Shown: positions 40,030 to 52,602 of the stretch, one piece after another
Layout of the letters: each line of letters opens with the position of its first letter
Numbering within the stretch: the first letter of the stretch is position 1
DNA from: Saccostrea echinata
Lineage: Eukaryota
DNA: 64,000 nucleotides
Assembly (NCBI RefSeq): GCF_033153115.1
Contig: NW_026889805.1
Span: 5,270,001 to 5,334,000 of the forward strand
Reading direction: 5' to 3'
Position numbers and translations under genes: made by a program
Notes under the pieces: generated by a model
The model's database searches: none
What the model was told of the DNA's origin: nothing
Seen by the model: the letters and a program-made list of their open reading frames with translations, nothing else

Positions 40030-40540
40030 ATGGTTACATCCGGTCCCATTCCCAAAGGGGTTTTCCCGGAAGTAACCTGTTTTTGGTTAACAGTACTAAG
40101 CCCCGTATAGTTAGATAGTTGGAATAATTCAGTACAGCGAACACGAATGCTTTCCTGTTTACTAGAGCAACAACAAGTACTTGTTCGTAACTCCATAACT
40201 CCAGCTAAACCCACAAATTCGTAAAGTACCCTTACACTAATAATCATTCTTTACAACCTATAGGGAACGATTTACTCGGCGACCACAAATTGGTCTTTAC
40301 AGACGACAAAACATCTGGCTGGAGAAATTTAGACAGTTTCATTGACCCAATTTTGTACGGCTCCTCAAAGTTTTCACAAAGCTAGTGGCCAGCGAACGAT
40401 CTCTCATTCCTTTCCAATACTTCATTATGCATCTGGTCTGAAGTACAAAGCACGCCACGTCATATCTAGCTATCGTTCGCTAGAGAACAACATCCAGGCA
40501 AGAACGCCGCGCCGAGTAGAAAGGAACGTGATCGGTAAGT
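40030..40540 (+). promoter_or_regulatory. Probable promoter and non-coding first exon of the Ikaros-like gene
   Basis: CpG-richer stretch with ETS/STAT-like ttcccggaagt (40063), ETS acatccggt (40036) and CRE/UPRE-like gccacgtcat (~40454); strong donor cg|gtaagt at 40535. Confidence 0.45.
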
Positions 40541-41048
40541 TTTCTTCAGTGTATAATGCTGATCATAATGTTCTAAACGTTCGCTGAATTTTCAGGTGTT
40601 ATTGTACATATAATGTATATTTTTTAAAGTGACTTAATGCAAATAAGACTGTCGTTAATACTGTCCGTACACAGTGCTGGCGGATATTACCAAGCACTAG
40701 TTGGCGATCGAGCAGACGATTTTCGTCAGCCATTGATCAACATGTGGAGAATGTAATGCTGGCTAGTCTCCTTGCGGGAAATCCTTTTTGACATGACAGG
40801 CGTATGTGAACTGTAATCGCTCTGTCGATCTGAAGTAGAACTTTTGTACTTTCACGGAAATGGGGCACATTGGAAAAAAAAATAATAGGATTTTTCCTGT
40901 GTATTTTGCTGAAGTCATTGAATTCTCTTTTGTATTCTTGATCTGGTATCCATCTTTCTCTTTAAATAAAGAAATAAATCTTGATATCTTTTGACGGAAG
41001 AATTTATATTATTATTTTTTTTTTGTATCAGTTGTGTTTCCACTCATC

Positions 41049-43230
41049 ATGGACCAAGCAACTAGTGCAGATAATGCCAACGGCCAAAGAGTTGAGTCCC
41101 CTGTTGATAACCCCCTGCAGTGCTGTTACTGTGGCAAAATATTTACAAGGTAATACTGCTTAATCAGATCGGAAAAACTACTCACGTTTTGCATAGTAGG
41201 TGTTCCCTGTTGATAGCCAACTGCAATGCTGTTACTGTGGCACAATATTTACAATGAAATACATCTTCAACAGATCGAAAAATTATTATTGCAGAATTGG
41301 TGTTATTTAGTAGATTATTTCAATCCATTTTTAAAAAAAGAATACATGTATATTGTAATTTTTTTTCGGTAAATCTCATCGAAGAACAAGTTCATTTACT
41401 CTGGACATGCATGCACATTGGGGATTCACTGCATACAAATGAATTATTTATTACTAGTACTTGAAAATAGTCCAGATATGGTGTGCATCTATAAAGGTCC
41501 AAAGAAATTCACAACTGAAGCATATTACAGATGAAACTTTTTTTATGTCATTAAGTTTATGAAGCATTGATCAACCTAAGATGTACATTTTACTGGTGCT
41601 GGTTGGCAGTTTGGTGTCATTGTCATTAAATAATGCTTTAATTCCCCATATTTTTCGTAAAGGATACAATGAATATTTACCAGAGAATACTGTTAGTTTA
41701 CAGCTAAAAGTGCACGGTTGTCAGACAGTCCTTAGAAATTCCAGATATAAAATCCTGCGGCTTGGAAGCCGTACATAAACTTCTCCGTCATAATTTTTTT
41801 CAGATTTAACAACAGATTCCACTGGTTTTATAACGAAAACATCAGTTTTAAACTATTATATTTTTACAGGTTTAATGATTTGCCAAATATTTTAGTTGTA
41901 CATATACCTTTATACCTTATAATTTCCTGTCAATGTAGAATCTACTACCCGTATACACCCTATTATTCACTAAAATATCCACATTCCTGTCTTTAGGATC
42001 TACTACCGGAGGGAGCACGAGAGGATACATACGGGCGAGAAGCCTTTTTCCTGCAGTATTTGTGGAAAGAAATTTAACAGCAATGGCAGCTGCAAGAAGC
42101 ACGAAAAGATTCACCTCAGGGTCGAGGAAAGCGTACCAATGGAATGCAGCCACTGCGGCAAAATGTTTGACGACATGCAAGATTTCCGTCAACACATGAA
42201 GACCCATGACGGTGCAAAACCCTACAACTGTAATATTTGTGGACGTTCCTTTGGTTTTGAGGCCGTTTTAAAGAAACACTTGATGTTTCACAATGGCCAA
42301 AAACCGTTTCAATGTCTTGTGTGTTCGGCTGCATATTCAACAGCGAATGACTTGCGTATGCATGTAAAATCTCACACTGGCGATAAACCATATAAATGCC
42401 GATATTGTAACCTTAGGTTTCCCAACAGTCGACGACGCAACATGCACGAGCGGTGCCATGAGAAATCTAACGAGCACAAATGCAATAGGTGTGGAGCAAC
42501 ATTCAACGGCGCCAACGCGTTAGCAACGCATGAGGCTAACAGCTCTATTCATGGAGTTTGCCAGAGTGTTGACGCTGATCAGGATCACGGCTATGATGAT
42601 CAGATGTCTGAGAGTTCTAGAAGTACTCACTCCATTACAGGCAGTTCCGGATTTGATCGCTCCGTGATGTCTGAGGTAGATATTGGACTATTGGGAAAAG
42701 AATACGAAAGGCCCAACAGTTCAGGGTCCCACGACAGTGGTTTTCCCACAACTAACTATAATGGCGCCAATGAAGTCGTGTACCCAACGTCCCTTCTTCA
42801 TGCCACAGAGAATGGCATTATTGTCAAGAAAGAGCAACTGGATGGCGAGGGGGCGGAATTTTCAGCAGAAAGCGTAGCATCCGATCCCGATACCTCTAGC
42901 TTCAGTCCTAAATCTCAGCGTATGTCTGTTGAATCTGATCGCATGAGCAACCATGACTACAGTGGACAGCTAACTGTAGTAGCTAAAGACTCCAAGCAAA
43001 TACAGACGGAACAGGCTCCGTACATAGATTCCCTTCTCTCCCAGCTCGAGTCTCTAAAGCAAATTCATGAATGTAAAAACTGTGGTATTCTTTTCAGAAA
43101 TTACTCCATGTTTCTTGTTCACAAGACCCTTCATGCGGATCCAGTCCGTCCGTTTGTCTGTCACTTATGTGGCGAGGAGTCTCGAGATGGTGTAGACTTC
43201 AATGCACACCTTATTTGGCATATGAAATAA
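41049..43230 (+). CDS. Ikaros/Hunchback-type C2H2 zinc-finger transcription factor (~444 aa)
   Basis: Exons 41049-41149 and 41997-43230; the phase-2 intron splits finger 1. About seven N-terminal C2H2 fingers with TGEKP-type linkers are followed by an S/E-rich spacer and a C-terminal pair HECKNCGILFRNYSMFLVHKTLH..PFVCHLCG..DFNAHL resembling the Ikaros dimerisation fingers. Confidence 0.88.
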
Positions 43231-44157
43231 TTTAAAAACTAGAAAAACCAGAAAGCCCCTCCATTATACCGGGTATAAAGACGTACTGGACAAAATTATG
43301 TTAAAAATACAGATCATACTTCAGATGTTCTTTAAAAAATGACAAAGGGGCTTTACGGACACACATAATGGTCAGCTGAGGATGACCTTGTATTCAGACA
43401 TTTAGGAATCGCTGACCGATTTAAAATCATGTAGTTACCACAGGCAGATACGCCTTTGTTATCACGCTGGCTTGCAGGTTCCTTGTATTGTAAATATCCT
43501 GTGTCTAGTGACTTGTGAAATAAAGTCTAGATGTTCATAGTTCAATTTCTATTTATTTAAAAGATCGTTAGAATTGTGAAGAACAACTATTTAGAAGAAC
43601 ACAACACGATACAGCTTCTATTTTGTGGTGAGAATCGCAATACAAAAACAACACCCTTGCCAAAAACAAATGCACTTAGCAATAAATTATTTTATCTTAA
43701 AACATAATTTAATAAATTGTGTATTCCTGAATAACAAATTATGATACATCGAGGGGAAACCGTTCATAAAAGTGAAAATAACACTAGAATGTTTATACAG
43801 TAGAAAGGTTGTTTGCCAATCGGTACGTCCATGAATTTGGAAAAAAAGAGTCCAAAATGAAGGTTGTCAAACAACCTCTTCATACGTGTGTACAATTATA
43901 CAATCCACCTCTTCATTATGTGTGTACAGTTAGAACTGGAATTCTTTCATCAGTATGTTAGATGTATGACAATACAAGCTAAATCATTTTTGATGAATTT
44001 ATTTAAAAAAAAAAAAACGTCCATAGTTCATAACAATATAGTCTGATAAATGAAAAATACGAACATATATAAATAGATTTCATCTATCTACGTGGAAAGA
44101 TATAAACACTAATGCAATGCACCAGAGGAATGTGGTTCCATTAAGGCTTTAGATGTG

Positions 44158-46947
44158 TCAGCTGTTCTTTTTTTGTGAGTTTTCCTGCTCAAATTCGGCC
44201 CGTATTTGTCGGTTTGACTCGAGGAGATCCCGGAGCTTATCCACAAGGGAATCGTTTTGATTTTCTAAATTCGTCATCCATCGATCGATCTGGTCTAGCG
44301 TGTTGCTCAGATCTTCATATTCTGAAATGATTGAAAACCCAAGTACAGTATTAGTCAGAATAAAGAAGCGATACTGAACAAGGAACATGACGCAGGTCGG
44401 GGGAAAAAATAGCTAGAACTCTGATTCTTGTGTTTTGCTATGTATTTCAACCTTTCCTACAATGTATAACATATATGATGCAATTTACGTGTAACACATG
44501 CAGTGGCTCATATCAAAAACTCATGAAACCGATATTTTTCCCTTCTCTGTAACCAAATTCTCATAGATATGAAGCGCAATATCTATGTCGCCATGATTAA
44601 ATTCACTTAGAAATTGACACTGACAGGAACTCTAGTAAAAATCTCGGTTTATAAATGGAATAAACATCTCTGCCTAGTATATATCTAGAACAGATTGAGA
44701 ATGTGCCATATTTCACTTTGGATTTCTCTTGAGGATATTTTATTGAAAAAAATGGTTTGCGGTAATATTCCCAGAATATCAAGAATAGTCGTGTAGGCTA
44801 AATCTTTACTGCGCTAGGGTATCTAATCACGAGATGAGCAAACGAAGTATTTGCCCCAGATGTTTACTTAGTTTTACAAGCGTATCAGTGAAAATGCCTT
44901 TTATTAGAAATGTTGATTGTTGTGCTGAGTCCTAATTAAGCCCATCAACCAAAACGTGGCTCTAAAAACCATTTATCTTTTTTAAATATTAAGGTCATTC
45001 AACATAAAAGTTAGCAGTTTAAAAAGAAGTTTACAGTCTTAGACACTTGCATGTATGGCACATAAACGACATCAGGGATCACCTTATTATAGGATAATGT
45101 CCATCAGAGTACTGAAATCATTTTATCCTAATTCAACTAGGTTTTAAATATGACTGAGGAAATCCACAGAGAGATAGATGTGTTTAAATCACAAAGATGC
45201 CAAGGTATCAGCGCTAATGGTGGTACACAAACACTTAATTAAGTAACCTCATCTTACTTTACCTACGTGTGAAGTTAAATGATATAATCACAATAGGTCA
45301 TTGTAAAGCGAGTCACTGTTTTATTACAAAATTCAGGGTCAAAGGTCAAGTTCAACTCCAAAAAATTATGTTCGAAACAAATCATCGTGATTTATTGAAG
45401 CATGAAGTTTATGATGAGATAACATGTGTAAAGTTAGTCGAATGGGTCTTTCTCAACGTTAATGATTTTTTCTCATTTTCAACTTCCGTGTCAAAGGTCA
45501 AGGCAAACGTAAACACCTTGCGTGTGCTGAAAGAAAATAAGGATAAGAAAACACTACCCTATTCGCAGAGACACACTATCGGTGAATTCAATGAACACGA
45601 AAGAACATTACATACACTTAAGAACTTTTTTTTCAATATAACAAAGTTGCTTCTTGTGTCAATTCTGATTAACCTGCTCAGCTATAGCAGTTCCTGTTGT
45701 CTTGTGCTCCGTAAAGCTTCACAACTGCTCTACCAATCAATGATTCAAGTGTAAGACTGCATTTTCTCCTCGTAGAATACATTCTTTGATGTCTTTCTAG
45801 ATATAAAGCATTCAACACTACTCGGCTTACAATTTTCAAAATCGTTAAGAGAAAAACAGCGATCAGTCATCTGAGAAAAAAGCGAGAACTCCATTAAGAT
45901 TTAAAGGCAACAGAATAGGAGCAGATGAGAACAGAAAGGTCAATTGATGACTACATTTGACCGGAAACAGCAGTGGTTCCAACGAACAACAAAATGATGA
46001 AGAATCAGTGTATTATTTCTAGTACTTTTGCAATGATTTTTTAAGATATTTGGGAACAACAGAGATGGGGAAAATACACTATGATAAATGGTGTTTTACG
46101 TCTTTTGCCCAAATTGAACCATGTGTTCAAGTCAGCTTTAAATGATCGAAATTTGTCGCTTTTCTACCTGTGATTATTTATTAATTTGGTCCTTTTTTTC
46201 ATTTATCCCCAAGAGTCAAATAACATTTTTTCAATTATGCATAAACGATTTTTTTTTATGAAGAGGCTTTAATTTTCTTTTGATGGAGTGTTTTCTATGG
46301 CCTCTTATGTTTAAAAAATGTCATCGCTTAAAAAAATTTGTTGCATACTTTCAGGTTTGTTCAGTTAGTGTCCCAAGGTCTGGTTCGTTTTAGTCATGCT
46401 CCCCTGTGCAAAGAAAATACTACAAGAGAGCAAAGTTTAATAACTAGCATGGGAAAGTTTAGCAAACAGCATGGGAAATCGTCTCAAAGTCTTACTGAGA
46501 ACTATAAGTTGTAAGAAAAATAACATCCTAACATCAAACAAAAAAATCCCTGTTTACCATTGAGAAAAGGTCTACATTCTACAATAAGAATTGAGAAAAA
46601 TCACTTAAAAGAACAACATATAATACATGTATGTATCTTGACATTTGGCAATTTATATTCATGCGAAAAATTTCGATTGCTCATTGTCACCAAACCCTAG
46701 CCCCGGAAGTCATGATTTGAAAAATAAACTTGAATCTACACTATGAAAGTTCTCACAAAAGTTTCAACTTTTCTGGAACAGTGGTTCTTGAAAAGAATAT
46801 TTTTAAAAGATGCCATTAAATTTTAACTACCAATAATTCTGTATTATCTCCCCTTGAAAAAGGGCATAGCCCTTCATTTGAACAAAGGATGCTTTGTGGC
46901 ATGTTTGGCTGAAATTGGACCAGGGTTTCTTAAGAAGTCAAAAATGT

Positions 46948-46978
<31 letters not shown>

Positions 46979-49900
46979 ATGGATGAGACACACAACAGAC
47001 AACCGAACACCCTCAGGTGAGCTTACAACCTGTATGTACTAGTATTACCAATTATGTAATAAATCCCTGTAAAAGATCCATAGAATGGCAGTTAAATAAT
47101 TATATGATAAAACAAAAAAATAAATAAATTAAAAAAGATGAAGATATGTTGCTAAAGATGAAGATACTTATGTTGCTCAAAACAACAGAAATAGGATGAT
47201 CAGGGATCAACAATATAGTTTGAGTAGATATAAGCAAGAACTCAGAAAGAAGATCTATTTTCTTGCCTGTATGTGCCAGTACTAAGTGCATGCACATTTG
47301 TCACTTTCAACAAGCCTAACAACATAACAGTGCCTGAGCAAGAAATGCTACAAATACTAAATCAACCACAATACTGGCCTCCATTGGTATTTTTACATTT
47401 AATGTACAAAAATAAGGTACAACCTCTACAATGGCTAGATATCAAACATCTGAAACATAATTCCCCAACCTGTTCATGTTCTTCTTTACCCTACAACTAT
47501 AAGCCTGCTGGACACATCATTACTGGTGACGTAAATATAATTAATGACGAGGACCTTAAATCACTTATTTTAAAAGGGCATAATTTAGGGAAGCCGGATC
47601 TTTCAACTGGCGTCATAATTTCACAAATATAATGAATTCTGTTGTGATGGGCCGAACATGAAAAAGAAGACCTTGACACTTTGTCAGAAATGGATTAAAA
47701 GTGTTCAATGGATGTCAAATCTTGACTGAAGGGGTAATATGAAAACAATCTATCCTTCTGTCTTCAATAATTCAGAAGTGAAAAAAGAATCAGATAGATT
47801 ACACAATCAATATGTACTGGTGACAGTGATCCCAGCTGACAAAGCAGGTAACAACTTTGTCTTTGTAAGGCTCATTATTTTAATTGTTTTTAGAGGAGCT
47901 GGGATTAAATTCTGCAAGTGGTAATCCAACTTATACCATAATTCCCTTTCTAAGGAGGAAATTCTTCAAATTCATATGTCAGTTTTAAATATTTTTAATG
48001 TTCCCAACAATCAAAATGAATTTGAATTACCATACTTAAACTGGATTCTTAAGGACATACGCAACGTAGTTTGAACATTATTGTCTTTTCCCCTGGAGTT
48101 GAAGAGTTTCAGTACTTGAAGGATCTGTGTGCTACTCTTTTACTGTCTATATATGGTGTTGCACACCTTTTCTAAAACAAATTTGGATGTAAAAAACATC
48201 TACAATATATATTGAGTATTTTTTTTTTTTAATATTTTTCTAATTTCTTTGAATATTACAAGACTTTTCATCATTTGATATTTATTCAAAACCCCTGGTA
48301 ATGCATGCTGATTTTTTGTCTGCAAACATCTAATGGTACTATAATTTCAAATCAAGAAGATCTTAAAAAATTATCAGTAGGTAAGGTACCTTGCATATGT
48401 CTTTAAACTACATAAAAATCCTTACAAACAAAGATACATATAGGGGGTTCCAGTAAATGTTCTACCAAGCCTCTTTCTTTACTCCTCACTGTTTACTGTA
48501 ATGAAGGAGAAACTGAGAAACTTCAAGAGTACTGTACAACAGTATATATTCAAGAAGTGTTGTAAATCAGATGTGGATACATAAAAACTCCAAGGAACCT
48601 TTAGAAAACTTGAAGTCACAAAATTTTACCTAATCAAATCAATGACATCAAAACATACAACTTTTCAACACTTTATACCACCATTCCCCATGATGAATTA
48701 AAGTCCAGGCTTTTTGACATCACAGACAGCTGCTTTTTCAATAAAAATTGAACTCGTAAATTTACTTACCTTGTCATTGGTCATTTGCAAAATTATTTTC
48801 TTTAAAAACATTCTGATTGTACACAAAAGTACTCAGTGTTGATACTAAAAAGATGCTCAAGTTTCTGATTGACAATATCTATGAAGTTTTTGGAAATCAA
48901 GTATTCCAACAATCTGTTGGAATTCCCATGGGCACCAATTGCACCCCTTTGTTGGCAGACCTATTTTTATATTCATATGAAGCAGAATTTAACCGCTACA
49001 TGAGAAGAAGAAAACACTTGCCATGGCCTTCAACTCAACATTTAGATATATCAACGATGTATTATCAATTGAATAATTACCTCCATGGATTCAAATGTCG
49101 ACTCAATGTACATGTATCCCAGTGAACTTGAAATAAAAGATACCACAGAGTCTGACACATCTGTTTTATATTTGGATATTTTACTAGAAAAAGACCTTAA
49201 TGGTGACCTAACAACAAAACTTTATGATAAACATGATCACTTCAACTTTTCTATCTTCAACTTCCCTTATTTATGTAGCAATATACCCTTATCACTTGCA
49301 TATGGAGTTTATGTCTCCCAGTTGATTCGATACGCAAGAGCATGCTCTATGTAACAATTTCTAAAACAAGGGAGGCTATTGACTAACAGGTGAAACAAGG
49401 ATATCAACGGTCTTGTTTGAAGTCAACATTTCACAAGTTCTACACTGAATGCTAACATTTATGAAAGTGTAAATATTTGTCTCCCCTCACCAGGCATTTG
49501 AATGAAAACAAAACACTTTAAGTTAATCTTTGATTTTGTTTGATAAAGATAAAAGAAAACTCTGGTTTGGTTTAGCCTAAAAGCAGATGATAGGTTTTAT
49601 TTTCAGAATGTGAGTATTATAAAGAAAGAACAATATCTGCTACAAAGCTTGAAGTTGTTATTATTATCATTTAGTTTTCATGTAGATTCACACGTTGAAT
49701 TAAATTGTACTTCATAACAGCGCTGAGCTACCATGTATTCCAATACCGAAAAAAAGCTATTCCAAATTGATTAATTATTTGATTAATTCTTACTTAAACA
49801 TTTCATTAAATGCTATTTATAAACCTAACAATTTATAAGCTTTTTAGTGGCAAATTAATTTCCAAACTTGCTTCGTTTTGTATACATGGCACCACCAATC

Positions 49901-50204
49901 ATATTCCAAAAGATGAGTTGGCTGCTGCTGTAGGAGTAGATTTAGGAAAAAGACAGTGTGACAGACGGACCTGATCATGATAACAACAATATATACCCGA
50001 ACTTTCTTTAGAAAGTGTGGGTATAATAAAGAACTGTCAAATATTACCATTGCTAGCATTTTCTACAAGTTCCTCTAAATTTTCTTCTTCTTCAGTGTGA
50101 ATCTCTTCTGTCACTATCTCTTCATTATTCTCGCCAGGGGTCTCATCAAAACCATTTTCGTGATTTCTAACCATGTTTACATCATCGGCCATATTTTGTG
50201 TCAT
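44158..50204 (-). CDS. BBLN: Bublin coiled-coil protein (UPF0184/C9orf16), ~102-106 aa, 2 exons
   Basis: Exon 1 50204(or 50192)-50048 encodes the acidic N-terminus; a phase-1 intron follows; exon 2 44321-44158 encodes EYEDLSNTLDQIDRWMTNLENQNDSLVDKLRDLLESNRQIR, matching the UPF0184 LDQI...LLESNRQ signature. Confidence 0.88.
46690..47025 (-). mobile_element. HINE/Cg170-type fragment
   Basis: One degenerate monomer plus tattatctccccttgaaaaagggc...caggtgagct, as at the end of 3119-5123. Confidence 0.65.
47400..49450 (+). pseudogene. Decayed Penelope-like retroelement reverse transcriptase in the BBLN intron
   Basis: Frameshifted fragments: PADKAGNN, W-I-x-KLHKNPYKQRYI, FSTLYTTIPH, QQSVGIPMGTNCTPLLADLFLYSYE, RYINDVL, YPSELEIKDTTE..YLDI, LYDK..F.F.I.NFPYLCSNIP..AYGVYVSQLIRYARAC. 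Confidence 0.85.
48053..48402. mobile_element. Kolobok-like MITE (TTAA TSD) interrupting the Penelope RT
   Basis: ttaa|ggacatacgcaacgta ... taccttgcatatgtct|ttaa; removing it rejoins the W-I-x-KLHKNPY motif. Confidence 0.85.
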
Positions 50205-50420
50205 GTGGCCTCAACAACAGAGCTATTTCCGGTGCTGTTAATTTCGGCACTCTCCGCTTTTTCCGAAAGCATACGGAAACGAGCGAGCAGCTGTCGAGTG
50301 TTGTAATATTAGTTATTTTTATCCCCCCGGATTTCCCGATTTCAAGAGGTTGTGCAATATACCTGTGATATATAAAACGTTGTATTTAACTATTACATCT
50401 TCAGCCAACTTTAGGTAAGG
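50205..50420. promoter_or_regulatory. Probable bidirectional promoter BBLN / DDX39-like with a non-coding first exon
   Basis: CpG-rich patch with ttccgg and cggaaa ETS-like sites immediately upstream of the BBLN ATG; plus-strand donor ttag|gtaagg at 50415. Confidence 0.45.
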
Positions 50421-50809
50421 GTTTCATTGTACTTCTTTTAAGAATGTTTTATTCAACTATCTTGCTTTTACTGATTTTAAATGAAATTATTTAATTAATT
50501 AATTTATTTATTTATATATTTATGCCCCTGATCATGATTTAATTATTTATGAATATTTTATTTTTATCAAGAAATTACAAAAGAAAAATCTTTCAACGTT
50601 TCAAGTAATTTTAACTTAAAGATAATAGTTATTTAACCGAGACTATATGGTTTATATAGATTATTCGCGGCAATACACCAAAAGGTGGTTTGCGAATTCA
50701 AGGAAGAAGAAGAATCCTTGAAACAATTACAACGTCGCTAGCTTTTTGGAAAAGGGGGGTGTGAATGGGGTTAGGGTCTAGGAGGGGTACCTGCTCGTTT
50801 GTACTTTTC

Positions 50810-51688
50810 ACATTTTCGACTCCTTCTCCAGAACTTCTCAAACGAACTTACGACTAAGACCAACAATTTTAGTTGATTTTAAAATTTTGCAAAATTAATG
50901 ACATTGGTTGAAATTCTTAGCATATAAGTATCCTGTTAAATTCTGTTTAAAAAGATTAAATTCCTTTTTTAAATCAATGTAAAATAGAAAGTAGTCAGCA
51001 TAATTTAATTTTGGTCTTAGTCATAAGTTCTTTTATAAAATGGACCCGGCCCTGAACCCTGGGCCAGTTTCAACCAAACTTGCCACAAAGCATCCTTGGG
51101 TGAAGGAGATTTGAGTTTGTTTACGTGAAGGGTCATCCCTCTTTCATGGGAGATAATTAAGAATTGGTGAAAAATTATTGGCATCTTTTAAAAATCTTGT
51201 CAATTTTTAAGAAACACTGGACCAGAAGACATGAAATTTTCGTGAAAGCTTCATTACATAACGTAGATTCAAATTTTCTTCAAATCGTGACCTCCGGGGA
51301 TAGAGTGACGTTATAACAGGGAATCAAAGTAACACCTAGAGATATACAGTAAAACATCTTTTAAAATCTTTTTCTCAAGAACAACAACCCATGATTCGTT
51401 ATACGAGTATATCGATAAAAATCGAAGCATCCTCAGATAGTGTAAATTCAAGTTCGTACAAATCATGTCCCCCGTGGGTAGTGCGGAGCCACAATTCAGT
51501 ATCAAACTTTTACGTATATATAAGAAAAAATCGTCTGTAAAGCCATGATTAATATCATATTTATTTGGAAGCATCGTCAGTTTCTGTACATTCAAGTTCG
51601 TTCAATCCCCTCGGGGTTAGGGCCACTTAAAAAATTTAAACTTCAATTACACTAAAATGATTTTGCTTTTCTTTAGCCATAGTGCTGA

Positions 51689-51722
<34 letters not shown>
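50810..51722 (+). mobile_element. Degenerate HINE (same family as 3119-5123)
   Basis: 3' end aggtgagcgatgtggcccatgggcctcttgtt; degenerate Cg170-like monomers. Confidence 0.7.
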
Positions 51723-51723
<1 letters not shown>

Positions 51724-52177
51724 GATATGTTGTGTTCTGGTGCATTTTCAAAGTCATTTTTTCACATATCTATGTACTTTAAACAGATGAATAATGATAT
51801 TTTTAACGATATATGTTCGGGTGTTCTTTTTTAAAAGGAGGTGCGATCCCACCCCCATCCCACCAGTTTCGACAACATGTTTCGGTACACACCAAAACAT
51901 ACAGTTTCCGCTTTAGGTCTAGTATAAAAAATGCCGACTTTAAATAAAATTTACTTACTTACTTACTTTGATGTTGTAATTGATGGCCTGTTGCTCAGAA
52001 ACGGTACTTAATTATGTAGTTTAAGAGGCCCCCAAATTAATAGAGGGCTCGAGCTTTCTTGAGTAAGACAATATATATCAGACCACAATTTAGACCCCCT
52101 TCCAAATTTCATAGAAGACAGGTTTGATAAGACACATGCACGAGTAGTCACATTTGTCTATTTTGGTTAATACTCAA

Positions 52178-52407
52178 CAGGCCCGTAGAACGCCCGGGGG
52201 GGGGGGGGCACTTTTTTCTGAGCATAGCATTTTGCTATAATAAATTTCCTTTAGAGCTGGTTGCCCCCCCCCCCCATTTTTTGATGTTGTAATTCCAGGA
52301 TGCGGACAGTAAAATGGCTTCTTCTTTTTTTTTTTACTGCATGTCAGATTTTTTTTTTTGGAAGTTAGCCCCCCCTCCCCCATTTTGAAACCGTTGATAC
52401 GGGCCTG
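52178..52407. mobile_element. MITE with 5-bp TSD
   Basis: TIR caggcccgta / tacgggcctg; TSD ctcaa at 52173-52177 and 52408-52412. Confidence 0.85.
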
Positions 52408-52602
52408 CTCAAGCAACTTACATAGACTTTTTATTTTAGCATGTACAGTGACATCGTCGCAAGCCAAAGGGTTTGTGTGCATTCTATTTGGACACAAAAC
52501 CCGTGGCTTGCGACGATGGTACAGTGCATACGTGCTTATTTTTCCAGATTAATTAGACACCTCTATATAATCGTGTCTTTCAGATTATACCCATCTACAA
52601 CT

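Noticed and set aside
45269-45754. 161-aa ORF in the BBLN intron
   Set aside because: It has no recognisable motifs and lies in degenerate repeat-like sequence with aaggtcaa motifs.
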